Below, in pieces: positions 28,584 to 39,024 of a stretch of DNA of 64,000 nt. This DNA comes from an uncultured delta proteobacterium. Its GTDB lineage: Bacteria; Desulfobacterota; Binatia; Binatales; Binataceae. The position numbers and the translations under genes were made by a program. Location of the stretch: NCBI GenBank assembly GCA_963765675.1, contig CAVXXK010000003.1, positions 256,001-320,000 on the forward strand. Reading direction: 5' to 3'. Below the pieces are notes generated by a model, which was given only the letters and a program-made list of their open reading frames with translations, did no database searches and was not told the origin of the DNA. The stretch's first letter is position 1. Each line of letters begins with the position of its first letter.

Positions 28584-29321
28584 TTACGAGAGGTCGCCAG
28601 AGAGACCTTCACGGCGCGACTCGACCAGAAAATCTCTCAACCTTTCGGGATCTACCACCAGCTGCCGGTCTTGCTGAAAGATCAGGTGCTTCTCCTTAAA
28701 ATCGCGCAAACGCTCTGTTACTCGAGGCCGAGTGGCGCCAACCAGCTCAGCCAGGTCGTCATGGCGCACTGAGACCGACAATCGTACTCCACCACCGGTG
28801 TTGGCGACGCCGAAGTCCTCGATAAGATCGAGCAAAACCAGCGCCAAGCGTTCCTCGAGCGTGCATCCTACCAAGTTAGAGCAGCGAAGATGCACCCGGT
28901 CCCAACGCCCCAAAAACCCGTCGGCCATCTGCTTAAAGGCTGCCGCTCCGATCCCCAGACAGATCTTCATGAAGCCATGCAATCCAATCGTTCCGATCTG
29001 GCAGCTCGTAACCGCTTCGCAGCGAAAGTTATAGCTAATCCCGGTTACTGCCGATGGAAACGCAGGAATCAGCCCAGGCGCCAACATGATCGCCGTCGTT
29101 CGCCGGCCTCTGCGATTGTCACAGGTAATGCGAGCAACCCCGGAGAGCAAGATATAAGCCGATTCGACCGGAGATTTGTCGGAGAAAATAGTGCTCCGCT
29201 TTTCGTGGCGGCTAGTCGTCAGTGCGCCGGCCAGCTTCTCCAACTGATCGGTCTTAAGCCAGGAAACACCCGCAAGCGCCTTGAGGCTTCGCACTTTCTG
29301 CGCACGCGTGGATCCCACCAT
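28584..29321 (-). CDS. Crp/Fnr family transcriptional regulator
   Basis: YILLSGVARI cNMP-like domain; ERLALVLLDL and HDDLAELVGATRPRVT helix-turn-helix. Confidence 0.88.
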   Translation of the reverse strand: MVGSTRAQKVRSLKALAGVSWLKTDQLEKLAGALTTSRHEKRSTIFSDKSPVESAYILLSGVARITCDNRRGRRTTAIMLAPGLIPAFPSAVTGISYNFRCEAVTSCQIGTIGLHGFMKICLGIGAAAFKQMADGFLGRWDRVHLRCSNLVGCTLEERLALVLLDLIEDFGVANTGGGVRLSVSVRHDDLAELVGATRPRVTERLRDFKEKHLIFQQDRQLVVDPERLRDFLVESRREGLSGDLS

Positions 29322-29562
29322 TACCCTGACAGTTACAACTCCATGCACGATGCGCCAGAGCATCGCGTTCCTTGGAGAACTAGGGATACACAATTTTAAG
29401 TGCCGATTTTCGAGCCCGCATGGAGAGCTCCGTTCGTCGAGCGCATTGGCCCGCGGAAACTAGCAGGAGCCAGAGTCCGTTCTAACCGGCAGCGGCGGTG
29501 TTCGGGGCCTGATGCTGAAGAGTCGGGCGGTGACGCTGTTAGCGTCGCGCTGGTACCTCCGA

Positions 29563-30690
29563 CTAACCCTTCGCGCCGTCGAATAGGTCGGTGAATCCGG
29601 CCGGCGCGTATGGTCCTATCACGACTTGCTCGAGTACTCCGATGCCGGACCGCTGGCCGTCGCTCGCACGAACCACCTGCTGGACGTGGATGTTTTCGGG
29701 CGCGAGCAGATTCAGTTGCCGCGGATCGAAAGACTCGTGGCCTAGCTCCAGTTCTCCCTTCCACCTGCCCTGGCCCCATTGAGGGTGATTGTAGCCGAGT
29801 CCTTTCATCTGGAATCTGAGAATCGGCTCCAGAGCGATAGTCCGAATGCCGCCGTCGAGATCGACCAGATCGATCTCGGCCGACTTGGCGAGCCGTGTGC
29901 CCGGTACGTACTTCACGCGATGACGCGCAGTCGCCATCCGCTGGTCTCGTCCATCCTCGACGCCGGGAACCTCCGCCTCGCTCGCATAGAGGGGAGCGAC
30001 GATTCCTTCGCGAATCAGAGCCTCGCCACGAGGACCGTCGAAGAAAATCGCGTGGGTTATGTGATCATCCCAGAAGAGCGGCGCCCAGAGAAAAAACGCG
30101 CCGCCGGGCCGACCAGGAGCACCGCCGGTTTCCGGCTCTCCAACGTTTCGCACGCCCCACGATCGGTCTTTGGTGCCACGGCAAATCTGATCGCTTACAA
30201 CGATCTCTCCGTCCGGGTGCCGGATACTACCGCTCCAGCGGCCGAATTGATCAAACCGCGTCGCATCCATTATTCGGCGCTCGCCGGACCAAAGTATCTG
30301 GCGCCCTTCTTTGATCGACGCCGTGCGCGCGGAATATGTCAGATCGCACGTTATACCGCTGGGATTCTTGTCCAGCACCACGCGAGTCCTGCGCATCGGC
30401 TCGATAACTTCGATGCGGAACGGCCCGGCCTGCATCTCGGTGCGCTCAGCCGGCGCGCGACGCGACGCGAAAAAGCAATGCTGGCGCGAATTAGGTTTCA
30501 CGACGCTGAATGCGCAATCGAGAATCCCGCGATGAGGATAGACCGCCATCCCAACGCCGAAATAATACGAGCCGTCCTGCGCGTAGCCGTTGAACCAGGT
30601 CCGGTCATAAACGTTGCGGTCGCTGGTCGCGGGATACGCCAGCGGCTCTGGAGTCTGATGGACAGGAAAATCGTCGAGCTTGTTGAGCAT
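29563..30690 (-). CDS. Conserved hypothetical protein (tocopherol-cyclase/lipocalin-like, often next to APH kinases)
   Basis: DDFPVHQ, YDRTWFN, KDRSWGVR motifs. Confidence 0.65.
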   Translation of the reverse strand: MLNKLDDFPVHQTPEPLAYPATSDRNVYDRTWFNGYAQDGSYYFGVGMAVYPHRGILDCAFSVVKPNSRQHCFFASRRAPAERTEMQAGPFRIEVIEPMRRTRVVLDKNPSGITCDLTYSARTASIKEGRQILWSGERRIMDATRFDQFGRWSGSIRHPDGEIVVSDQICRGTKDRSWGVRNVGEPETGGAPGRPGGAFFLWAPLFWDDHITHAIFFDGPRGEALIREGIVAPLYASEAEVPGVEDGRDQRMATARHRVKYVPGTRLAKSAEIDLVDLDGGIRTIALEPILRFQMKGLGYNHPQWGQGRWKGELELGHESFDPRQLNLLAPENIHVQQVVRASDGQRSGIGVLEQVVIGPYAPAGFTDLFDGAKG

Positions 30691-30835
30691 GGTGATTCCT
30701 CGGTGCGGTCGGGTTAGATCCGTCAAAAGGCAACTTGAATCCTCCGCCGCCCCGGCCATTAGTGCAAATTACTTCCGGCGAGCGCAATTGCCGGGCGCGT
30801 TGAAAAAAAATTCAAACCGTGTTTAGAACTCCAGC

Positions 30836-31864
30836 ATGCCCGCGCTGGAAGATCTGCTCGCTTCGTATATCAAGCTGAAGCTGCCTCATGCCACTGAAGT
30901 CAGGGTCGATCAGCTCGAACAGATTTCGGGCGGAGCGTCCCGCCAAACCTATCGCTTCCGGCTCTCCTGCCGCGAGAATGGGGCCCCGCGCGCGCGGCGC
31001 TTGATCTTAAGACGCGACCCCTCGGACAGCCTCATCGACACCGATCGAAAAATCGAATTTGCCGCGTACCAGGCGTTTTACGGAACCGAGGTTCCGGTGC
31101 CCGAGGTTCTTTGGCTCGAAGATGATCCCGTCCATCTGGGCAGCCCGTTTTTTATCGGCGTGGAAATGACGGGACTTGAGACCGCGCCCGCGCGAATCAT
31201 GACCGAGCCGTATCTTTCGCATCACCAGAAGCTGGCCGAGCAGGAATGGTCGATCCTGGGCAAGATCGCATCGATCGATCCGCGCGCGATCGGCCTCGTC
31301 GGCACGATGGAATGGGTCGAGCCCGATGCGTGCTGGAAACGGGAACTCGACTACTGGGAGGGCGTGCTCGATTCCGACGAGTTGATCCCTCAACCGATTA
31401 TGCGCGCGGCGATCCGCTGGATGCGTCGTAACCCGCCACCGCCCGCCCAGAAAATCTGCGTCGTGCATGGCGACTATCGCACCGGAAATTTTTTATTCGA
31501 TGAAGAGGGACGCATCCACGGGATTCTCGACTGGGAAATGTCGCATCTGGGCGATCCACTTGAAGACCTGGCCTGGAGCTTCAATCGGACCTGGTGCTGG
31601 GGCCACGATGAGCGCCGCGGCGGTCTGATTGAGCGTGAAGGCGCAATCGCGATTTGGGAAAAGGCCAGCGGCCTCAAGGCCGACCTTGCCGCGCTGCATT
31701 GGTGGGAGCTATTCGCGAGCGTGAAGGGCCAGGGCATTTGGGTCTCGAGCGGGCACGCGTGGGAGACCGGCCAGAACAAAGATCCGATCCTGGTCCTTTG
31801 TTCGTGGGCGTTGATGAACAGCCAGGATCGTGCGGCGCTTGAACTGATGGGGCATCTCCGATGA
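30836..31864 (+). CDS. APH/phosphotransferase family protein
   Basis: GGASRQT, VHGDYRTGN, ILDWEMSHLGDPLEDL. Confidence 0.9.
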   Translation: MPALEDLLASYIKLKLPHATEVRVDQLEQISGGASRQTYRFRLSCRENGAPRARRLILRRDPSDSLIDTDRKIEFAAYQAFYGTEVPVPEVLWLEDDPVHLGSPFFIGVEMTGLETAPARIMTEPYLSHHQKLAEQEWSILGKIASIDPRAIGLVGTMEWVEPDACWKRELDYWEGVLDSDELIPQPIMRAAIRWMRRNPPPPAQKICVVHGDYRTGNFLFDEEGRIHGILDWEMSHLGDPLEDLAWSFNRTWCWGHDERRGGLIEREGAIAIWEKASGLKADLAALHWWELFASVKGQGIWVSSGHAWETGQNKDPILVLCSWALMNSQDRAALELMGHLR

Positions 31865-32307
31865 GGCCCCGTGTATCAGCGGTATTTCAGACGATGGCAG
31901 CGGACCTGGTTGAGCGTGTCGTCCCCGCGATCAGACCGCCGTACCATCAGGGAACGATCGGGATGATCGCATCCATGCTCTCCCTGGTCGGCGACGAATG
32001 GGATCGCGCGGCCAGCCGCCGCATCGAGGAGAACGATAGCCTCCGTGCGATTTTCCGCGATGCGGCCAAAGTCACAAACAGCTCGGCGCTCAATGCTCGG
32101 CTGACCAAACTGGGCGCGACCCGCGATGGCGACTTCCGAATCTCCGCGCTGGAGAGCAATAACTGCATGCTGCGCGCCGCACTGATCGAATTGCACGCGC
32201 AGATCGAAACCGAGTCCGGGCCGGAGGCTCGCAGAATCGAGGACATTATCTGGAAAGAGCTCGTGTGTTCGACCGAGCGGCGGCGCTTCTCGAGCGCCCA
32301 GTTCTAA
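31861..32307 (+). CDS. Small helical protein coupled to the phosphotransferase
   Basis: ATGA overlap; 148-aa ORF. Confidence 0.65.
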   Translation: MRPRVSAVFQTMAADLVERVVPAIRPPYHQGTIGMIASMLSLVGDEWDRAASRRIEENDSLRAIFRDAAKVTNSSALNARLTKLGATRDGDFRISALESNNCMLRAALIELHAQIETESGPEARRIEDIIWKELVCSTERRRFSSAQF

Positions 32308-32348
32308 GCTCGCGCGTCCACCTGCCGATCCGGCAAAAGACCGTCCGC

Positions 32349-32378
32349 TTGACGCCAAAATCTAATTAGAGTTAGAAT
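32349..32378 (+). promoter_or_regulatory. Sigma70 promoter with a palindrome in the spacer
   Basis: TTGACG-18 bp-TAGAAT with TCTAATTAGA (32361-32370) between them. Confidence 0.55.
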
Positions 32379-32409
32379 TACAGCTATCTCCCAAGAACAT
32401 CGAGGCCGA

Positions 32410-33564
32410 ATGCGCCCAGAACGTCAGCGAGCACTTCTCGAACAGTACCTTGGATTCAGGGACGGCGAGTGGACCGACGTCGCGAAGGCGAGCATGCGCA
32501 ACCCCGCCGGCGCCTACGTCGATCCCGAGCGTTTCCAGCGCGAAATGACCGTGCTGTTTCGTGAGCGCCCGGTTCCGGTGGGACTGAGCTGCGAGTGCAA
32601 AGAGCCAGGGTCGTATCTGACTGCCCGCCTCGGCGGCATGCCGATCGCGGTCGTGCGGCAGCCCGACGGCAGCTTGCGCGCGTTTCTCAACGCATGCCGT
32701 CATCGCGGCGCTCCGGTTCTGTCCGGCAGCGGCGTGGGACTGCGTGCGATGGTTTGTCCCTACCATGCATGGAGCTACAAGCTCGACGGAAGTTCGCTCG
32801 GACGTCCGCAGGAATGGGGCTTCGACGACATTGCGCAGGCCGATTGCAACTTGCGGCAAATCGCCGTCGCCGAAAAGTATGGACTCATCTACGTCCGTCC
32901 GCTTGGCGACGCATCAATTTCTATCGACGATCTGCTCGAAGGGATGCAGACCGAGATCGCGGAATATGATCTCGCAAAGTATAGTCACTTCGAAACCCGG
33001 ACCAGGGAATGGAACTTCAACTGGAAACTGGTAATCGATACTTTTACGGAGAACTACCACATTCCCGCGCTGCATCGCCGGAGCATCGCGCCGTACTATG
33101 ACGACCGGCACTCCATCTGGGACACATACGGACTTCATCAGCGGACGGTCAACTTCCGCAGAAGCATCGACAAAGAAATAGCGGAGAAGCCGCCGCAGGA
33201 AAGACTGATACTGCCGCATACCACGGTCGAATATTTCCTGCTCCCCAACGCAGTTCTGACGCATCAGCTCGATCACGTCGAGTTGTGGAGAGTCACTCCG
33301 CTCGCGGTCGATCGCTGCCTCGTTTCCACGAGTCTCTATGCACCCAATCCGCCCGCGACCGATTCCGCGACCCAGCATTGGAAAAAGAATCTCGACATGC
33401 TCCTGCAAGTCACCGAAACCGAAGATTTTCCGATGATGGCGAATATCTACGCAGGGCTGGCGTCGGGAGCGGTGAAGGAAGTGATCTATGGAAAGATCGA
33501 GCCGGCGCTGTCTTTCTATCATCAGTCGATTAATCAGTTGCTCGAGCAATCCCGGGACGAATGA
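32410..33564 (+). CDS. Rieske non-heme iron oxygenase alpha subunit
   Basis: NACRHRG...CPYHAW Rieske motif; NWKL...ENYHIPALH; ED. Confidence 0.93.
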   Translation: MRPERQRALLEQYLGFRDGEWTDVAKASMRNPAGAYVDPERFQREMTVLFRERPVPVGLSCECKEPGSYLTARLGGMPIAVVRQPDGSLRAFLNACRHRGAPVLSGSGVGLRAMVCPYHAWSYKLDGSSLGRPQEWGFDDIAQADCNLRQIAVAEKYGLIYVRPLGDASISIDDLLEGMQTEIAEYDLAKYSHFETRTREWNFNWKLVIDTFTENYHIPALHRRSIAPYYDDRHSIWDTYGLHQRTVNFRRSIDKEIAEKPPQERLILPHTTVEYFLLPNAVLTHQLDHVELWRVTPLAVDRCLVSTSLYAPNPPATDSATQHWKKNLDMLLQVTETEDFPMMANIYAGLASGAVKEVIYGKIEPALSFYHQSINQLLEQSRDE

Positions 33565-33567
33565 GCG

Positions 33568-34359
33568 ATGGATCTGGGCCTGAAGGGCAAAGCGATAATT
33601 GTCACCGGCGGCGCTTCGCATATCGGGCAGGCAATCGTGTTCGCGTTCGCCAGTGAAGGTGCTCGGCTCGCGATCATCGACAAGGACGCCGCCCAGGCGG
33701 AGCGAACGGCTGCCGAGGCCACGAGGCGGGGAGCATCATTCGCGGCCGTCGTCAGTGCGGACTTGACTGATCACAGCACGGCCGACGAGGCATGCCAGCA
33801 TGCGATGCAACTGCTTGGCGGAGTAGATGTCCTGGCCGCCAACGTCGGAGCTAACTGGCCCAAGTTCTTTCTCGAGACTCCTCCGGATACGTGGGATCAT
33901 CTCCTGCATCTGAATCTCGGCGCCACGATGTCCTGTGTCAGAGCGGTCCTGCCGCGAATGATCGAGCAACAGCGCGGCTCGATCGTCGCCACTGCGTCGA
34001 CCGCGGCATTCGGCGAACCGCGCCAGAGCGTCTATGCAGCCGCAAAAGCGGGAGTCGTTGCCTTCATCAAAACAATCGCGCTCGAATACGGGCGCTACGG
34101 AATCCGCGCGAACCTGGTAGCTCCGGGACTCGTGCTTCCCGGCGAAACGGAAGAATTGGGCGCCGAATCGATCTGGCGCGATCGCGGCTCGATCATGAAC
34201 GACGCGCAGACTGAGTATGTCGTCAGAAATACGCCGCTGCGCCGGCTATCGAAGCCGGAAGATATCGCCAAGTCGGTTTTGTTTCTCGCTTCCGACGAAA
34301 CCGGACGCCAATTAACCGGACAGATGCTGACGGTTTCCGGCGGCTTCGCGATGCGTTGA
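33568..34359 (+). CDS. SDR family oxidoreductase
   Basis: TGGASHIG, YAAAK. Confidence 0.92.
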   Translation: MDLGLKGKAIIVTGGASHIGQAIVFAFASEGARLAIIDKDAAQAERTAAEATRRGASFAAVVSADLTDHSTADEACQHAMQLLGGVDVLAANVGANWPKFFLETPPDTWDHLLHLNLGATMSCVRAVLPRMIEQQRGSIVATASTAAFGEPRQSVYAAAKAGVVAFIKTIALEYGRYGIRANLVAPGLVLPGETEELGAESIWRDRGSIMNDAQTEYVVRNTPLRRLSKPEDIAKSVLFLASDETGRQLTGQMLTVSGGFAMR

Positions 34360-34414
34360 CGGCGCGTATCGAGGAACAGTCGAACACCGGGGCGAGCCTG
34401 GGAAGAGAATAAAT

Positions 34415-35086
34415 ATGCCGGCAAAGTCACTACGCGCATATGCGCCAGCGAAACGCGAGCGTTTGAGCTCACGGGGTGAACTGAAACGAAAACAGATTCT
34501 CGACGCCGCGGCAAAAGTGCTCGCTCGGCGCGGCTACGTAGCGACTCAATTGTCCGAGATTGCCGAAGAAGCCGGGACCCAGCCGGGCAGTCTGTACTAT
34601 CATTTCGAATCGCGCGAGGAATTGATCGAAGAAGTTCTTCACGAAGGCGTGCGTCTGTCATTCGCCCGCGCGCGTGCGGTGGTCGATGCGATGCCACCCG
34701 AAAGCACACCGCTCGATCGGCTGGCCGCAGCGCTGCGCGCTCATCTGAAGTTCCAGCTAGTGGAGAGCGACTACGCACGTGCGGTTTCGCGTTCGATCGG
34801 CCAACCTCCCGAAGACATGTGGGGAAGGGTCAACCGAAAATTTCGCGCATACGGGAAATTCTTCGACGGGTTGATCGCCGCCGCAATCGAAGCTCGGGAG
34901 ATCGATCCCGAAGTCGATCGCCATGCTCTGCGAATGCTGATCATCGGCGCCACCAACTGGGCCGCGGAATGGTATCGGCGCGACGGTTCGTCGAGTGTAG
35001 ACGAGATCGGCAACCTGCTCATCCGATTGCTGCGCCGCGGCGTTGGAACTATGTCTGAAACGAAGGACACTACCGGGGGCAATTGA
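34415..35086 (+). CDS. TetR family regulator (KstR2-like C-terminus)
   Basis: ILDAAAKVLARRGY...GSLYYHFESREEL; NWAAEWYR. Confidence 0.9.
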   Translation: MPAKSLRAYAPAKRERLSSRGELKRKQILDAAAKVLARRGYVATQLSEIAEEAGTQPGSLYYHFESREELIEEVLHEGVRLSFARARAVVDAMPPESTPLDRLAAALRAHLKFQLVESDYARAVSRSIGQPPEDMWGRVNRKFRAYGKFFDGLIAAAIEAREIDPEVDRHALRMLIIGATNWAAEWYRRDGSSSVDEIGNLLIRLLRRGVGTMSETKDTTGGN

Positions 35087-35093
35087 GGTCATC

Positions 35094-36344
35094 ATGGAGC
35101 AAACCCACCCCGAAATCGACGAGAAGAATCGCTATCGCATCGAGACGCCCGGCCATAACGGATGGACCCGCAGCGCGAGGCCGGGAGATCCGGACAAGTA
35201 CCTGATGATCTCCGCGGACTGCCATGCCAACGAGCCCGGCAGTCTCTGGCGCGATCGTATCGATGCTAAATTTCGCGACCGCCTGCCGCACGTCGAAGTC
35301 GATGCGAACGGCGAAAAGTGGTTCATCGCCGAAGGCGTTGGCAAGTCGCGGGTGCGCGCACGCATGATCGGCGACGTCCCGCGCGAGGGCAGCGAGGATC
35401 GCTTGCGCGGCAGCGTGGGCGCGGATCCGAAACAGCGAATCCAGGATCAGGTTCGCGACGGTATCGACGCGGAGATCATCTTCCCCAACAAGGGCCTGAT
35501 GATGTTCGCGACCAAGGATGCCGCGTTCGGGATGGCGCAATGCCGGGTGTGGAACGATTTCGCATGGGAGATGTACGGCGGGTACAACGGCTTCATGTCG
35601 CCGGCGGCCGCGATCATGACCTCGGATGTCGCGCTCGCGATCGAGGAAATCAAGCGGGTCGCGAAAATCGGATTCCGGTTCCTGACGCTTCCGTGCAAGC
35701 CGATCTTCGGAGGACACGACTCGCGCGATCCAAATTATAATCTGACTATCTACGATCCGATGTGGGCGGCGATCGAGGACTGCGATCTTCCGATCACGTT
35801 CCACGTCTCGACCGGACGCGACCCGCGGGTGGCGCGCAAGGAAGGAGGCGCGGTGATCAATTACGTCTCCCATTCGCTCTCGCCCACTATCGAGCCGGTC
35901 GCGAGCCTATGCGGCTCAGGCGTAATCGAGCGATTCCCGAAAATCCAGTTTGCCGCGGTCGAAAGCGGCATCGGATGGGTGCCGTGGGCGCTCGATGCGA
36001 TGGATGAGGCGTATCGCAAGCATCATCTGTGGGCCTATCCAAAGCTCAAGCACTTGCCGAGCGAATATTTCCGCAGCAACGGCGCGGCAACATTCCAGGA
36101 AGATCGCGCCGGGCTCGAGCTCGCGGAGAAATGGAACCTGGTCGACAATTTCATGTGGGCCAATGACTATCCGCACGCCGAAGGGACCTGGCCTCATTCC
36201 GCCGAGGCGATCGAGCGCGAGATGGGAGATCTAAGCGACGGCGCGCGCGCGAAGATTCTCGGTCTCAATGCGGCGAAGATGTTCAAGTTCGATGTTGATA
36301 TGCTGCTCGAGCGGCGCGGCACGTCGGCATCTGCGCAGCACTAA
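35094..36344 (+). CDS. Amidohydrolase_2 family protein
   Basis: ISADCH, TFHV, ESGIGWVP, WANDYPHAEGTWP. Confidence 0.9.
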   Translation: MEQTHPEIDEKNRYRIETPGHNGWTRSARPGDPDKYLMISADCHANEPGSLWRDRIDAKFRDRLPHVEVDANGEKWFIAEGVGKSRVRARMIGDVPREGSEDRLRGSVGADPKQRIQDQVRDGIDAEIIFPNKGLMMFATKDAAFGMAQCRVWNDFAWEMYGGYNGFMSPAAAIMTSDVALAIEEIKRVAKIGFRFLTLPCKPIFGGHDSRDPNYNLTIYDPMWAAIEDCDLPITFHVSTGRDPRVARKEGGAVINYVSHSLSPTIEPVASLCGSGVIERFPKIQFAAVESGIGWVPWALDAMDEAYRKHHLWAYPKLKHLPSEYFRSNGAATFQEDRAGLELAEKWNLVDNFMWANDYPHAEGTWPHSAEAIEREMGDLSDGARAKILGLNAAKMFKFDVDMLLERRGTSASAQH

Positions 36345-36374
36345 CTCGATCCGGCGTCGCCGAACGGAGGTCAT

Positions 36375-37775
36375 ATGATCGAAATAGGCGTTTTCCACAA
36401 TGGTGCGTCCGACCTCCCTGTGATGCGGACGCAGTCGGGAGTCGCGATCAACGACGGCAATCTCGCCGAGGTCCACGAATCCAGCCAGCGCGGATTGATT
36501 GGGCAGGTGCGGCAGGGAATTCTGGCCGACCGGCTCGGTTTCAACTATTTTTTCATGACCGAGCATCACTTCCAGCCCGAAGGCGCGGAGTTCAGCCCGA
36601 ATCCGCTTCTCGCGGAAACCGCGATCGCGACCCGCACGCGGCAGATTCGGCTTGGCCAGGCTGCCAACATCGTCACGTGGTGGCATCCGATCCGAATCGC
36701 CGAGCAGGCCGCGATGCTCGACGTGATCAGCAATGGGCGACTCGAGTTCGGAATCGGACGCGGCTATCAACCTCGCGAGGCCGAGGTTTTTGGATGGCCG
36801 TTCGCGACGATCCAGGATCAGGAACGCAACCGCGCGTACTATCAGGAAGCCTACGAGATCATTATCAAAGCGTGGACGCAGCCGTCGTTCTCGCATCACG
36901 GGCAGTTCTTCACGATTCCGCCGGTGTTCACGCGATGGAACCATCAGCAGACGATTGCATACTTCGAGTCCGGCAAAGCCGGACGCAAGCTCGAAGAGGT
37001 GCTGAGCATCGGCGCACCCGATCCCTACGGCGGCGCAAATCCCGTAATGCAGAGCGCGACCGTACTCAAGGAGCTGCAGGTGTTTCCGCAGCCGCTTCAG
37101 CGGCCGCATCCACAGATGTGGGAGCCGCTCACTACCGAGCGCTCGATCAAATGGGCAGCGGAGCGCGGCCTCAACGGATACTTCATCGTCGAGCCCAACT
37201 CGCGCCTCAAGAAGAACGTCGAAATCTTTTATCGCGAAGCGGAAAAAGCAGGCTGGCCGGATCGGCTCGGGCGCGGCCGCCTGAAGTACGGATGGGACGC
37301 TGAAAAGCGCCGCGGAGTCCTCACCGGCCGCTACATACACCTCGTGCTGCCCGGACAGGATCGTGAACGCGAACTGAAACGCTATAAGGAAGCCCTCGAG
37401 GTGCAGTGGGACTACTACGGGCCGTTCGGTTTCGCCTCAGTGCTCGCGGACGCCGACGAGGAGAAACTCGATCCCGCCAAGAAGGTTCCGCCCGAGCTGC
37501 TGCTCAAGAAAGAAGTCGCACTGTTCGGCACTCCTGCCGAAGTGACCGCGCAGATCATGCGCGTCAAGGAAAGCTGCGGCTATGAAGATTTCGCGTTCAA
37601 CGCGTGGTTCGAGAAAGGCGGCTTCCGCAGCAACGAAATCGAAGATCAGATGCAGTATTTCGCCGAGGAGGTAAAGCCTCTGCTCGCGCGCGCCTGCGGC
37701 GGCCAAGTGCAAAATCCGGTACTTGGTTTGGACTTTGAAGAGAACGCGATCGGCGAAAATCACTCAAAACGCTGA
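36375..37775 (+). CDS. LLM-class flavin-dependent oxidoreductase
   Basis: TEHHF, HPIRIAEQAAMLDVISNGRLEFGIGRG, PQPLQRPHP. Confidence 0.9.
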   Translation: MIEIGVFHNGASDLPVMRTQSGVAINDGNLAEVHESSQRGLIGQVRQGILADRLGFNYFFMTEHHFQPEGAEFSPNPLLAETAIATRTRQIRLGQAANIVTWWHPIRIAEQAAMLDVISNGRLEFGIGRGYQPREAEVFGWPFATIQDQERNRAYYQEAYEIIIKAWTQPSFSHHGQFFTIPPVFTRWNHQQTIAYFESGKAGRKLEEVLSIGAPDPYGGANPVMQSATVLKELQVFPQPLQRPHPQMWEPLTTERSIKWAAERGLNGYFIVEPNSRLKKNVEIFYREAEKAGWPDRLGRGRLKYGWDAEKRRGVLTGRYIHLVLPGQDRERELKRYKEALEVQWDYYGPFGFASVLADADEEKLDPAKKVPPELLLKKEVALFGTPAEVTAQIMRVKESCGYEDFAFNAWFEKGGFRSNEIEDQMQYFAEEVKPLLARACGGQVQNPVLGLDFEENAIGENHSKR

Positions 37776-37853
37776 AACATATCCTGGAGGAATGAAAGAA
37801 GGCCGATGCCCGTGCGGAAATATCCGCTATGTGCTGCCAGCTAATCTGAGGAA

Positions 37854-38903
37854 CTACGCCGCGGCGGCGGGCGGCTTCAGTTGCGGCGCGACCTCGCGCG
37901 CGAATAACTCCATCGAGCTGCGGCTGCGCTCCGGCGCGAGTCCGGGCAGATGCATCCCTAAGACGACGTGCGTCGTCCTCACCTTTCCAAGCGACTTGTT
38001 GAGCTTCGACGCGACCTCGTCGGGACTGCCGACCAGCATCGGGAAACCGAGCGGCGAATCGCGAAGCTTCGACGGCTCCGGCAAAGGAGGCTGACCCGCG
38101 CCCAGATAATCATTCGCCTCGGCGAGCCATCGGTTGTACCAGCTAATCATGTAATGAAGATGATCCTGCGAATGCGCCCAAGCCTCATCGGTGGTATGCC
38201 CGATGTAAGCGAAGTGGAGTTGCGCGGCCGAGAAGTCTTTCGGATCTCGGCCCGCTTGCTTGAGCGCGGCGTCATAGGTCTCCTGCGCGGCTTGATTCGC
38301 GAGGCCCATGAAGTGGCATCCCATCCTTCCAGCGCGCTCGATTGCTTTCGGCGCGCCGGCGCCGATCCACAGCGGTGGATGCGGCGATTGCACAGGACGC
38401 GGCGTCAAGCGGACGTTCTTCACGTTGTAGTGCCGGCCCGCGAAAGAAAAATCTTCCTTCGTCCACGCACCCCGGATCACCTCGATCCCCTCTTCAAGGC
38501 GGCTGGCTCGGGTTTTCCGGTTGACGCCGTAGGCGGCGAATTCTCCGGGCGCATATCCCTGGCCGACGCCCAAATCGAAGCGGCCATTTGAAATGATATC
38601 GATCGTCGCCGCATCTTCGGCAACGCGCACGGCGTTGTGCAGCGGCAGCAGCACCAGGTAGGTCCCGATCCGAATCCGCTTGGTGATCGCGGCAATCGTC
38701 GACGCGATCGGCAGAATCGCAGGCGAGTACCCGTCCTCCGCAAAATGATGCTCGGTCAGCCAGATCTCGTCATACCCAAGGTCTTCAGCCAGTCGCGTCT
38801 GCGCGAGCTGGTCCGCGTAGAACTCCGCAAACGGCTTTCGCCACCTGGGCGGATTCCGAAACGGAAACAAAAGACCAACATTCAGATTCTTGCAAATACT
38901 CAC
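37854..38903 (-). CDS. LLM-class flavin-dependent oxidoreductase
   Basis: WLTEHHF, AEDAATIDIISNGRFDLGVGQGY, PRPVQSPHPP. Confidence 0.9.
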   Translation of the reverse strand: MSICKNLNVGLLFPFRNPPRWRKPFAEFYADQLAQTRLAEDLGYDEIWLTEHHFAEDGYSPAILPIASTIAAITKRIRIGTYLVLLPLHNAVRVAEDAATIDIISNGRFDLGVGQGYAPGEFAAYGVNRKTRASRLEEGIEVIRGAWTKEDFSFAGRHYNVKNVRLTPRPVQSPHPPLWIGAGAPKAIERAGRMGCHFMGLANQAAQETYDAALKQAGRDPKDFSAAQLHFAYIGHTTDEAWAHSQDHLHYMISWYNRWLAEANDYLGAGQPPLPEPSKLRDSPLGFPMLVGSPDEVASKLNKSLGKVRTTHVVLGMHLPGLAPERSRSSMELFAREVAPQLKPPAAAA

Positions 38904-39024
38904 GGCTGTTCTCCATCCGGAAATCCGTTGGCTGATCCGTGCACTGCAATTCGGATTTCAGTCTTCGGTTAAATAGCGGTGTATAAGAAACTTCGCAATC
39001 GGCGCATGTCAAATATAAGAGAAG

